64,000 bases of DNA. Source: Deltaproteobacteria bacterium (GTDB taxonomy: Bacteria > Myxococcota > Kuafuiibacteriia > Kuafuiibacteriales > Kuafuiibacteriaceae). The stretch lies in assembly GCA_040218735.1 (NCBI GenBank), contig JAVJQW010000050.1, positions 256,001 to 320,000 of the forward strand, written 5' to 3'. The notes under the pieces are model-generated. The model saw nothing but the letters and a program-made list of their open reading frames with translations, was not told the DNA's origin and did not search any database. How positions within the stretch are numbered: the first letter of the stretch is position 1; each line of letters opens with the position of its first letter. This document shows, piece after piece, positions 8,859 through 17,811 of this stretch. The position numbers were made by a program, and so were the translations under genes.

Positions 8859-11147
8859 CTAGTTACACGACGCGCTGTCCGCGACGATGTCGGGGCACAG
8901 CGGCGCCAGCGCGTTCACGATCGCCGTGCGATCCGCCATCGTGACCCCCGCCTGCGTCATCGCGTCCACGAGGTGGCCGACGAGCTGGTTGAAGTCCGCG
9001 ATGGTGATCGCCGCGCCCGCGCCGCCCGGCGGGTTCGTGGCGTTCATGTGCGACGACAGCATGTCGCGACACTCGACGACCTGGCCGTTGATCATCAGCT
9101 CCGGCTCCACGCCCGCGCCGTACACACACGGCCCGTCGATCGAGCAGACCTGACGCACGAGGCAGGTGCTGAGTCGGTCCGCGTCCGCGAGGCCGAAGAA
9201 GCCGACGAGCGTCGGGTCCATGACGATGCGCTGGACGAGGTCCGCGACCACCAGGTCGATCGCCGGCTTGCGGCCGACGCGCTGGTAGACCGTCGCGTTG
9301 CTGTCCGGGTCCTCGACGACCGTCGCCACGAAGGGTGCGTCGGTGAGGGCCGCGACGATCGCGTCGATGTCCGCCTGCAGGACGCCCGCGTCGGTGAGCG
9401 CACCGACGAGGTGCCCGGCGAGGTCGTTGTAGTCGTTCTGCGAGATGCCGAGGCCCATGTGCACGGACGTCATGTCGGCGCACGGCTCGATCGTCCCGTC
9501 CATGCCGCGGTCGAGCTCGGTCTCCACGCCCTCGCCGTAGATGCAGGGGCCGCCGGTGAGGCCGCAGACCTGACGCACGAGGCACGTGGTCAGCCGCGCC
9601 GCGTCGACGCTGTTGTTGAGGAAGTAGCCGTTGATGCGCGGGTCCGCGACGACGCGACCGACGAAGTCGTTCACCACCGTGGCGACCGCGGGCTTGCGGC
9701 CGGCGCGCTGGTAGATCGTCGCGTTGCTGTTCGCGTCCTCGACGATCGTCGAGACAAACGTCGGCTCGGTGAGCGCGGAGACGATCGCGTCGATGTCCGT
9801 CTGCGCGACACCGGCGTCGGTGAGCGCGCCGACGAGGTCCGCCGCGAGGTCGTTGTAGTCGTTCATCGAGATGCCGAGGTTCTCGTGCACCGCCAACATC
9901 GACGCACACGGGTCCGCCGTGCCGTCGCCGTCGCGGTCGAGCTCGGGCTCCACGCCCTCGCCGTACACACACGGGCCGCCCGTCAGGCCGCAGACCTGGC
10001 GAACGAGGCAGGTCGTGAGGCGCGCGCCGTCGACCGAGCTGTTGAGGAAGTAACCGTTGATCGCGGCGTTCGAAACGACACGGCCGACGAAGTCACCGAT
10101 CACCAACTGCACGGCGGGCTTGCGGCCGGCGCGCTGGTAGATCGTGTTGTCGCTGTTCGGGTCCTCGACGATCGTGTTCACGAAGGCGGGGTCGGTCAGC
10201 GCGGCGACGATCGTGTCGATGTCCGCCTGCGCGACGCCCGCGTCGGTGAGCTGCGTGACGAGGTGACCCGCGAGGTCCATGTAGTCGTTCGACGAGATGC
10301 CGAGGCCCTGGTGAACCGACGTCATGTCGACGCACGGCTCGGCGGTGCCGTCGCCATCGCGATCGAGCTCCGGCTCGACGCCCGCGCCGTACGCGCAGGG
10401 CCCACCGGTCAGACCGCAGACCTGGCGTACGAGGCACGTCGACAGGCGCGCCGCGTCGACGCGGCTGTTCAGGAAGTAGCCGTTGATGCGCGCGTCCGCG
10501 ACGACGTCGCCGATGAACCCGGCGATGACCGTCTGGATGGCCGGCTTGCGACCGACGCGCTGGTAGATCGTCGCGTTGTCGTCCGCGTCCTCGATGATGA
10601 TGTCACCGAGGGGGGAGATCGCCGTGACGACCGCGTCCACGTCGGAGGCTGCGACACCCGCGTCGTTGAGCGCGTCGACCAGGTGCGTCGCGAGGTCCGT
10701 GAAGTCCTGCGTCGAGATGCCGAGCCCCGCGTGGGAGTCCGTCATGTTCCGGCAGCCGTCCGCGTCCGGGCCCTCGCCTTCGGCGGGGTAGGTCTGCGGC
10801 CCGCCGCTGACGGCGCCGACCTGCTTCACGAGGCAGAGCGCGAGGCGGGTGCCGTTCACGCCGTCGTTGAGGAAGTAGCCGTTGATCGCGGGATCGGCGA
10901 CGACGCGCCCCACGAAGTCCTGGATGACGGTCGTGATGCCCGCCTCGCCGCCGAGGCGGTCGTAGAGCGTGCCGACGACCTCGCCGCCGTCGCGTTCGGT
11001 CCCGCCGTCGCGCTGCGCGGCCGGTCCTCCGTCACGGGGCTCGCCGTCGTCCCCGTCGTCGTCGTCGCCGGAGCAGCCCACGGCGAGCGCGAGCGCGCTG
11101 GCCGTCAGGGCGTTGAATAGAAGTGATCTGGAGCGTTTGCGAAACAT
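8859..11147 (-). CDS. Lipoprotein with five tandem group I truncated (2/2) globin domains
   Basis: GGAGG RBS before ATG 11147; lipobox LAVGC; five copies of T(L/I/V)YxRxG...F(CD1)...G(G)P..Y...MxxxH(F8). Confidence 0.9.
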   Translation of the reverse strand: MFRKRSRSLLFNALTASALALAVGCSGDDDDGDDGEPRDGGPAAQRDGGTERDGGEVVGTLYDRLGGEAGITTVIQDFVGRVVADPAINGYFLNDGVNGTRLALCLVKQVGAVSGGPQTYPAEGEGPDADGCRNMTDSHAGLGISTQDFTDLATHLVDALNDAGVAASDVDAVVTAISPLGDIIIEDADDNATIYQRVGRKPAIQTVIAGFIGDVVADARINGYFLNSRVDAARLSTCLVRQVCGLTGGPCAYGAGVEPELDRDGDGTAEPCVDMTSVHQGLGISSNDYMDLAGHLVTQLTDAGVAQADIDTIVAALTDPAFVNTIVEDPNSDNTIYQRAGRKPAVQLVIGDFVGRVVSNAAINGYFLNSSVDGARLTTCLVRQVCGLTGGPCVYGEGVEPELDRDGDGTADPCASMLAVHENLGISMNDYNDLAADLVGALTDAGVAQTDIDAIVSALTEPTFVSTIVEDANSNATIYQRAGRKPAVATVVNDFVGRVVADPRINGYFLNNSVDAARLTTCLVRQVCGLTGGPCIYGEGVETELDRGMDGTIEPCADMTSVHMGLGISQNDYNDLAGHLVGALTDAGVLQADIDAIVAALTDAPFVATVVEDPDSNATVYQRVGRKPAIDLVVADLVQRIVMDPTLVGFFGLADADRLSTCLVRQVCSIDGPCVYGAGVEPELMINGQVVECRDMLSSHMNATNPPGGAGAAITIADFNQLVGHLVDAMTQAGVTMADRTAIVNALAPLCPDIVADSASCN
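9285..10563 (-). repeat. 426-bp intragenic tandem repeat (globin domain period, 142 aa)
   Basis: The GTAG core of the motif cgctggtaga falls at 9285, 9711, 10137 and 10563, exactly 426 bp apart. Confidence 0.9.
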
Positions 11148-11305
11148 CGTACCTCCTGAGCGTTCGCGTGGGATCGGAGCGGATACGCCGGCCGCTTCGG
11201 ATCGGATCACTTTCGAAAGGACGTTTCGGGTGTGTGCGTACCATTGCCCACCGCGCGTCTTTGGCGCTATGCCCTCCCCGCCGTGTTAGATTCGGGACCG
11301 ACACC

Positions 11306-12655
11306 ATGACCGAAGCCGATCCGGCGTCTGGGCTAGGGCTGAAGCTGGCCCTGACCGCCATCTTCGTCGCCCTCAATGGTTTCTTCGTCGCCGCCGAGTT
11401 TGCGCTCGTCAAAGTGCGGCCGACGCGCATCGAGGCGCTCGCCCGGACGGGCGACAGCAAGGCGATCGTCGTCCAGTCGATCCTGAAGAACCTGAACGCC
11501 TACCTCTCCGGGTGCCAGCTGGGCATCACCATCGCGAGCCTCGTGCTCGGTTGGCTGGCCGAACCCGCGATCGCCAAGCTGCTGGTCGTCGGCCTGCAGG
11601 CGGCGGGCGTCCAGGTCGGGGACACCGGCGTCCTCCACATCGTCGCCCTCGCCATCGCCCTGACCATCGTGACGATCCTCCACATGACGATCGGCGAGCA
11701 GGCGCCGAAGATCTGGGCGATTCAGGAGCCGGAGAAGCTCGCGCTGTGGTGCGCGTACCCGCTCAAGCTGTTCTTCTCGCTGTTCCGCCCGTTCATCTGG
11801 CTGGTCGACCGCATCTCCAGCCTCCTCCTGAGGATGGTCGGGCTGCAGGTCGCCGACGAACACGGCGGCGTCGAGGACGTCGAGGAATTGCGCGCCATAC
11901 TGAGGGCGGCGTCCGAGGCCGGACACATCTCCGGCCGACAGCGCACCCTCGGCGAGAACATCCTCGGGCTGATGCGCCTGGAGGTCCGGCACATCATGCT
12001 GCCGCGCGTCGACGTGGTGTACCTGTCGACGTCGAAGACCGACGACGAAAACCTCGAGATCATCAAGTCGGCCGGGCACTCGCGGTACCCGTTCTGTAAC
12101 CCCGACCTCGACACGGTGACCGGCCTCGTCCACACGCGCGATGTCGTGCGGAGGCTCATCCAGGAGGACACCGTCGACCTCGAGCAGCTCGTGCGCCCCT
12201 TCCCGTCGGTGCCCGACACCCAGCCGATCGCCCGCCTGATCCTCGACATGCAGCGCGGGCAGGCGCACTCCGCGCTCGTCGTCGACGAACACGGAACGAG
12301 CGTCGGCATGGTGTTCCTGGAGGACGCGCTCGAAGAGATCGTCGGCCCAATCCACGACGAATTCGACAACCGCGCGCCGTGGATCGAAGCCAAGGGTGAC
12401 AGCTTCGAGATGGCCGGCAGCGTGCCCCTCCCGGACGCCGCCGAGACCCTCGGGCTCGACCTCGGGACCGAGGAGGACACGATCGGCGGCTTCATCGTCT
12501 CGCGCCTCAAGCGGCTCCCGGTCGAAGGCGACGAGGTCGAGGTGCTCCCGTTCCGCGCGAAGGTCATTTCCATGTCGCGGCGCCGCGTGACGCGCGTGCG
12601 CTTCGAGCGCCTCCCGGAGGAGTCGCCAGGCGCCGAGCCGGTGGCTTCGGCCTGA
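11306..12655 (+). CDS. HlyC/CorC (CNNM-CBS-CorC) family protein
   Basis: LNGFFVAAEFALV, QLGITIASL, GEQAPK, GHSRYP, VVDEHG, LEEIVGPIHDEFD. Confidence 0.95.
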   Translation: MTEADPASGLGLKLALTAIFVALNGFFVAAEFALVKVRPTRIEALARTGDSKAIVVQSILKNLNAYLSGCQLGITIASLVLGWLAEPAIAKLLVVGLQAAGVQVGDTGVLHIVALAIALTIVTILHMTIGEQAPKIWAIQEPEKLALWCAYPLKLFFSLFRPFIWLVDRISSLLLRMVGLQVADEHGGVEDVEELRAILRAASEAGHISGRQRTLGENILGLMRLEVRHIMLPRVDVVYLSTSKTDDENLEIIKSAGHSRYPFCNPDLDTVTGLVHTRDVVRRLIQEDTVDLEQLVRPFPSVPDTQPIARLILDMQRGQAHSALVVDEHGTSVGMVFLEDALEEIVGPIHDEFDNRAPWIEAKGDSFEMAGSVPLPDAAETLGLDLGTEEDTIGGFIVSRLKRLPVEGDEVEVLPFRAKVISMSRRRVTRVRFERLPEESPGAEPVASA

Positions 12656-12667
12656 GGGACCCGCCCC

Positions 12668-13810
12668 TTGCGGACGGCGAAGCGCACCGCCGCGGTGCTG
12701 GTCGCCGCGTTCGCGGTGTTCCTCTTCGGCTTCGCGGCCTCCCTCGCGGACCGTCTGCTGAACCCCACCTTCGACGCACCGATCGCGACGTCCACGACGG
12801 CCGCTGCGCTTCACGCCTCGTTGCGCGTCGTCGACCTCCACGCCGACTCGCTGGTGTGGGAGCGCTCGCTCGCCGAGCGCGGGACGACCGGGCACGTCGA
12901 CGTCCCGCGTTTGATCGAAGGGCACGTCGCGCTGCAGGTGTTGGCGCTGCCGACGAAGTCGCCGCTCGGTCAGAACTTCGAGCGCACCGAAGACGGGTGG
13001 ATCGATCAGATCACCGTGCTCGGCGTGGCGCAGCTGTGGCCGCTCGACGCGTGGACGAGCCTCGAAGCGCGCGCGCACCTGCACGCCGCGGAGCTCGCGG
13101 CGCTCGACGCCGAGCGGGACGACCTGTTCGTGGTGCGCAACGTTCAAGATCTCGATCGTGTCGGCGAAGGCGGCGTCGCGGCGCTCCTCGCCATCGAAGG
13201 CGCGCACTGCCTGGAAGGTGACGTCGAGGCCGTCGACCGTCTGTTCGCCGCCGGCTTCCGGATGTTCGGGCTGACGCACTTCTTCGACAACGAGCTCGGC
13301 GGCTCGGCGCACGGCGTCGACAAGGGCGGCCTCACGGACTTTGGCCGCGCGGTGGTCGAGCGCATGGAGGCGCTGTCCATCGTCGTCGACCTCGCCCACG
13401 CGTCCCCTGCGGTGATCGACGACGTCCTCGACGTCGTGAAGCGCCCGGTCGTCGTCAGCCACACCGGCGTCCGCGGCGTCTGCGACAACGACAGGAACCT
13501 CACCGACGCCCAGCTCTTCCGCATCCGCGACAACGGCGGCGTCATCGGTATCGGCTTCTGGCCGGCCGCGGTGTGCGGCGACGATGCGGCCGCGATCGCG
13601 AAGTCCATCGCCTACGTCGCCGATCGCATCGGCGCCGACCACGTCGCGCTGGGCTCCGACTACGACGGCGCCGTCGGCGTACCCTTCGACGCCTCGGGCA
13701 TGGAGGCGCTCACCCACGCGCTCCTGGAGCGCGGCATGGACGACGAGACCATCGCGAAGATCATGGGTGAGAACACCCTCCGCGTCCTGCGCGCGTCGCT
13801 GCCTAATTGA
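12668..13810 (+). CDS. Membrane dipeptidase (M19 family)
   Basis: VDLHAD, IEGAH, VDLAHAS, VSHTG, RNLTD, LGSDYDG, KIMGEN. Confidence 0.92.
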   Translation: MRTAKRTAAVLVAAFAVFLFGFAASLADRLLNPTFDAPIATSTTAAALHASLRVVDLHADSLVWERSLAERGTTGHVDVPRLIEGHVALQVLALPTKSPLGQNFERTEDGWIDQITVLGVAQLWPLDAWTSLEARAHLHAAELAALDAERDDLFVVRNVQDLDRVGEGGVAALLAIEGAHCLEGDVEAVDRLFAAGFRMFGLTHFFDNELGGSAHGVDKGGLTDFGRAVVERMEALSIVVDLAHASPAVIDDVLDVVKRPVVVSHTGVRGVCDNDRNLTDAQLFRIRDNGGVIGIGFWPAAVCGDDAAAIAKSIAYVADRIGADHVALGSDYDGAVGVPFDASGMEALTHALLERGMDDETIAKIMGENTLRVLRASLPN

Positions 13811-14984
13811 AGTTCAGGCTGTACGGGATCGACACCGACGACAGCTCCTTCGAGCGCACGCGCGGATACCTGAAGCTCCCGACCACGTCCTCGAGGCAGG
13901 TCTTCAGCTCTTCGGCGTAACGCGACGGGCGCACCGCGACCTCGTCCGGGCGGCCCTTGGCGCCGACGACCCACGAGATGGTGAGGTCGGTGCCCGCGAA
14001 GCGGTCCATGTCCTGACGCGCGACGTTCAACACACAGGACTCCAGCCACGGGAGCGCCTCGTGGTGCGTGCGGTCGAGCTCGTCGGAGGACAGCGGTCCG
14101 CGGCGCTGCGAGTGCCGCGAGTAGTCGGTGAGGAACACTCGCTTCGCCACCGCGAGCTGACGACGTGCACAGGTGCCCGCCTCGTTCTCGGCCTCCAGCT
14201 TTCGACACGCGCGCTGAAGCTCGCGCGTGCGCACGTAGAGCCGGCGCGCCTCGTCGTGGGAAGACGCTTCGAGTCCATTGAAACGAATCGCCGCGTCGAG
14301 CGCAGCTTCGTGATCGTCCTTGTCGGCGTACGCGTAGTAGAGCGCCTGCTGCGCCACGGCGCGCGCGCGCCACGACTTCGCCGAGGTGGCTTCCTTCGCC
14401 GCCTCGATCGCGGCGTCCGGCTCCCCCGACCGCGCGAGCACGAGCGCCTTCACCGCGCGCGCGAGCTCGACCCGCGCCCCGTCGCGATCGGCGCGGTACA
14501 CCCGCTCCGCCACGGCCAAGTCCTTGAGGGCCGCCTTGCGCTTCGCCTCCGACCGGCGCGGGTAGCGCTCGAACAAACGGAGCCGCTGGTCGTGTTTCAG
14601 GAGCTCGGTGACGCGGTTCGCTTCGTTCTTCCGCTTCGCCGCGAACAGCGCGCGACGACGCCTCGACAGCGCCCGCGCGCGACCCCGTCGATCGTCCAGC
14701 GCGGCGTGCGCCGCGTCGCGGTAACGACGCGCCGCCTCGACGTCCTTGTCCTGCACCTCGGCGATCCGCGCCCGCAGCATTTCGGCCGCGTGCCGCTCGG
14801 GGCCCCCGACCTTCGGCTCCTCGCTGGCCCCGAGGGCCTTCTTCGCCGCCGCCGCCGCCTCGTCGTACGCGCGGGCGCGAAGGTGTTTCTTCGCATCCGC
14901 CATCGCGGCGGCGTAGTCCGGGGCCTCACCGGGCGCCTGGACGAGGGCGAGCAGAGCCGGCACCAAGAGCCGCACGGGCCGCAT
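13803..14984 (-). CDS. Exported helical-repeat protein with C-terminal AgmX/PglI (TonB-C-like) domain
   Basis: Signal peptide, Ala-rich TPR-like helices, C-terminal LESC...LTISWVVGAKG...LKTCL...FRYP. Confidence 0.7.
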   Translation of the reverse strand: MRPVRLLVPALLALVQAPGEAPDYAAAMADAKKHLRARAYDEAAAAAKKALGASEEPKVGGPERHAAEMLRARIAEVQDKDVEAARRYRDAAHAALDDRRGRARALSRRRRALFAAKRKNEANRVTELLKHDQRLRLFERYPRRSEAKRKAALKDLAVAERVYRADRDGARVELARAVKALVLARSGEPDAAIEAAKEATSAKSWRARAVAQQALYYAYADKDDHEAALDAAIRFNGLEASSHDEARRLYVRTRELQRACRKLEAENEAGTCARRQLAVAKRVFLTDYSRHSQRRGPLSSDELDRTHHEALPWLESCVLNVARQDMDRFAGTDLTISWVVGAKGRPDEVAVRPSRYAEELKTCLEDVVGSFRYPRVRSKELSSVSIPYSLNFN

Positions 14985-15088
14985 GGTCGCCCCGACCGGC
15001 CACCGCATCAACCCGACCCCGAGGATTGCCCCCCACGGCCCGCTAACGCCCATGACACGGGGCCATCGGTAGGCTACAACGCGCGGCG

Positions 15089-16606
15089 ATGATCCGCCGA
15101 GTGCTGGTCGCCAATCGGTCCGAGATCGCGGTCCGCGTCATGCGGACCTGCCGCGAGCTGGGTATCGAGACCGTCGCCGTCTACTCCGAGGCCGACCGCA
15201 CGGCGCTGCACACCGTGTACGCCGACGAGGCCTACCCGATCGGCCCCGCGCCTTCGACTGAGAGCTACCTGGTCGTCGACCGCATCATCGACGTCGCCAA
15301 ACGCGCCAAGGCCGACGCCATCCACCCGGGGTACGGGTTCCTCTCCGAGCGCGCCGAGTTCGCCGAGGCGTGCAAGGAAGCCGGCATCATCTTCATCGGT
15401 CCGTCGGCCCACGCGATCCGGACGATGGGGAGCAAGACCGTCGCGCGGCAGACGATGATCGCCGCGGGCGTCCCCGTCGTACCCGGCACCGCCGACCCGA
15501 TCGCCGACGTCGAAGAAGCCAAGAAGGTCGCCGTCGACATCGGCTTCCCCGTGATGCTCAAAGCCGCCGCGGGCGGCGGCGGCCGCGGGATGCGCCTGGT
15601 GCGCGACCCCGCCAAGCTCGGCGCCGCGTTCACCGCCGCGCAGCGCGAGGCCCTCGCCTCCTTCGGCGACGACGCCGTCTATCTCGAGCGTTTCATCGAA
15701 CGCCCGCGCCACATCGAGGTGCAGGTCTTCGGCGACAGCCACGGCAACGTCGTCCACCTCAACGAACGTGAGTGCTCCATTCAGCGCCGCAACCAGAAGG
15801 TCATCGAAGAGGCGCCGTCCGCGGTCGTCGACCCCGACCTTCGCGCGCGCATGGGTGAGGTCGCGGTGCGCGCGGCGAAGGCCGTCGACTACGTCGGCGC
15901 CGGCACCGTCGAGTTCCTCCTCGACGAGGACAAGAACTTCTACTTCCTCGAGATGAACACCCGCCTGCAGGTCGAGCACCCCGTCACCGAGCTGACGACC
16001 GGCTACGACCTCGTGAAGGAGCAGATCCGCGTCGCCGAGGGCGAAAAGCTCACCGTGCAGCCCCACGCCCCGACTGGGCACGCGATCGAGGCGCGCATCT
16101 ACGCGGAGAGCCCGGAGAACGGGTACCGCCCTTCGCCCGGGAAGATCCGATTCATCCGCGTCCCGGGCGGCTACGGCGTGCGGCTCGATACCGGCGTCTA
16201 TCCCGGCTACGAGGTGACGCCGTTCTACGACTCGCTGATCACGAAGCTCGTCGTGCACGCGGCCGATCGCGAGACCGCGATTCAGCGCCTCGACCGCGCG
16301 CTCGCGGAGTACGTCGTCAACGGCATCGACACCAACATCCAGTTCCTGCGCCGCATCGCGCAGCACCCCGGCTACAAGGCGGCCGAAACCACGACCGGCT
16401 TCATCGACGAACACGGCCTCGACCAACCGCCGAAGCCGTCCGACGCCAACGTGGAGGTCGCGATGATCGCCGCGGCGATTCGTCAGTACGAGTACGCGCA
16501 CGAGCTCGCGAACCAGTTCGTCGGTGACGACGACGACGGCGAGCAGACCACTTCGCGCTGGCGTCAGCTCGGTCGCATGGACGCCTTCAATCGGTACGAG
16601 TTCTAG
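15089..16606 (+). CDS. accC: Biotin carboxylase subunit of an acyl-CoA carboxylase
   Basis: VLVANRSEIA, HPGYGFLSE, GGGGRGMR, ERECSIQRRNQK, EMNTRLQVEHPVTE. Confidence 0.95.
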   Translation: MIRRVLVANRSEIAVRVMRTCRELGIETVAVYSEADRTALHTVYADEAYPIGPAPSTESYLVVDRIIDVAKRAKADAIHPGYGFLSERAEFAEACKEAGIIFIGPSAHAIRTMGSKTVARQTMIAAGVPVVPGTADPIADVEEAKKVAVDIGFPVMLKAAAGGGGRGMRLVRDPAKLGAAFTAAQREALASFGDDAVYLERFIERPRHIEVQVFGDSHGNVVHLNERECSIQRRNQKVIEEAPSAVVDPDLRARMGEVAVRAAKAVDYVGAGTVEFLLDEDKNFYFLEMNTRLQVEHPVTELTTGYDLVKEQIRVAEGEKLTVQPHAPTGHAIEARIYAESPENGYRPSPGKIRFIRVPGGYGVRLDTGVYPGYEVTPFYDSLITKLVVHAADRETAIQRLDRALAEYVVNGIDTNIQFLRRIAQHPGYKAAETTTGFIDEHGLDQPPKPSDANVEVAMIAAAIRQYEYAHELANQFVGDDDDGEQTTSRWRQLGRMDAFNRYEF

Positions 16607-16608
16607 AC

Positions 16609-17136
16609 ATGAGCACGCATCAATTCATCGCGCGTCACGACGGCGACGAAAAGAAGATCTCCGTCGAGCGCACCGCGCCCGGGCACTACCGCGTCGTCGT
16701 CGACGGCGTCGCGCGCGACGTCGACGCCCGCGCGTTCGCCGCCGGCACCCTGAGCCTGTTGATCGACGACCGAAGCTACGACGTGGAGCTCGAGGTCGCC
16801 GGCGACAGCGAGGCGAAGGGCTCGTACAACACCCTCGTCCACGGCGAGGTCGTCCGCCTCGACGTCCTCGACGAACGCAAGGTGCGCATGGGCCTCACCA
16901 GCGCCGCGTTCGCCGTCGAGGGCCCCCAGACCGTCACCGCCCCGATGCCCGGCAAGGTCGTCGAGCTCGTCGTGAAGGTCGGCGACGAGGTCGAAGAGGG
17001 TGCGCCTTTGGTCATCATGGAAGCCATGAAGATGGAAAACGAGCTGAAGAGCCCCAAATCGGGCAAGATCTCGGCCGTCTTCGTCGAAAAGGGCGCGGCC
17101 GTGGAGGCCGGCGCCAAACTCATCTCCGTCGAGTGA
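16609..17136 (+). CDS. Biotin carboxyl carrier protein
   Basis: APMPGKV and the EAMKM biotinylation motif; follows the biotin carboxylase. Confidence 0.95.
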   Translation: MSTHQFIARHDGDEKKISVERTAPGHYRVVVDGVARDVDARAFAAGTLSLLIDDRSYDVELEVAGDSEAKGSYNTLVHGEVVRLDVLDERKVRMGLTSAAFAVEGPQTVTAPMPGKVVELVVKVGDEVEEGAPLVIMEAMKMENELKSPKSGKISAVFVEKGAAVEAGAKLISVE

Positions 17137-17167
17137 ATAAAACTCCGTTCCGAAAGGTCTCAGCGTC

Positions 17168-17539
17168 ATGAAGTTTCGCCTGCTGCTCACTGCCTCCGCC
17201 TTCGCTCTCGCGCTCGCCGCCACGTCGACCCCCGCGTCGGCCGCCAAGAAGTTCGAGAACCTGAAGGTCCTCAAGGACAACGGGAAAGACCTCGAGAAGG
17301 GCATGAAGAACATGTCCAAGGGCCTCGGCGTGAAGTGCACCGCGTGCCACGTCAAAGGTGACTTCGCCTCCGACGAAGTGAAGGCCAAGGACGCCACCCG
17401 GAAGTTCTTCACCGCCACCGTCGGCAAGAAGGACGGCCGCGACGCCGCGCTCAAGGAGCTGCTCGGCGTCCTGAAGGTCGACAAGCTCAAGAAGGCCGAC
17501 AAGTTCTGGGCCGGCGTCGACAAACTCGCCAAGAAATAG
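17168..17539 (+). CDS. Small periplasmic monoheme c-type cytochrome (PufC-like motif)
   Basis: Signal peptide, NLKVL, MxxMSKGLGVKCTACH (CxxCH); Lys-rich. Confidence 0.88.
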   Translation: MKFRLLLTASAFALALAATSTPASAAKKFENLKVLKDNGKDLEKGMKNMSKGLGVKCTACHVKGDFASDEVKAKDATRKFFTATVGKKDGRDAALKELLGVLKVDKLKKADKFWAGVDKLAKK

Positions 17540-17541
17540 GG

Positions 17542-17811
17542 CTACCCACTGTCCGCCGCGGTCTCGATACACGCGGCGCACACCCCCTGGTCGCCGTGCA
17601 GCACCAGGGCCTCGACCTCGCTCCCCGATCGACCACACGTGATGCAGACGCGTCGGCTCCACAGCCGTCGCGTCACGTCGTTCGCTTGTCGTGCGCGCGG
17701 CAGCGTCGCTTCGAGCAACGCGACGCACGCCCCGCAAGCCAGCTTGCGACCGATCCGCTTCGGCGCTTCGGGGGGCTCGCCGCAGACCGCGCACTGTTCC
17801 TTCGTCATCAT
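17542..17811 (-). CDS. Small double C4 zinc-finger protein (ClpX-finger-like)
   Basis: Four CxxC pairs (CAVC, CGAC, CITC, CAAC); start overlaps the upstream stop (TGATG). Confidence 0.7.
   Translation of the reverse strand: MMTKEQCAVCGEPPEAPKRIGRKLACGACVALLEATLPRARQANDVTRRLWSRRVCITCGRSGSEVEALVLHGDQGVCAACIETAADSG

Noticed and set aside
9285-10563. Regular repeats as a possible CRISPR array or DGR template/variable pair
   Set aside because: The 426-bp period is in-frame domain duplication; there are no spacers, cas genes or reverse transcriptase in the window.
11171-11205. Imperfect hairpin upstream of the globin gene as a riboswitch
   Set aside because: Short GC-rich stem with no recognisable aptamer motif; could be chance.
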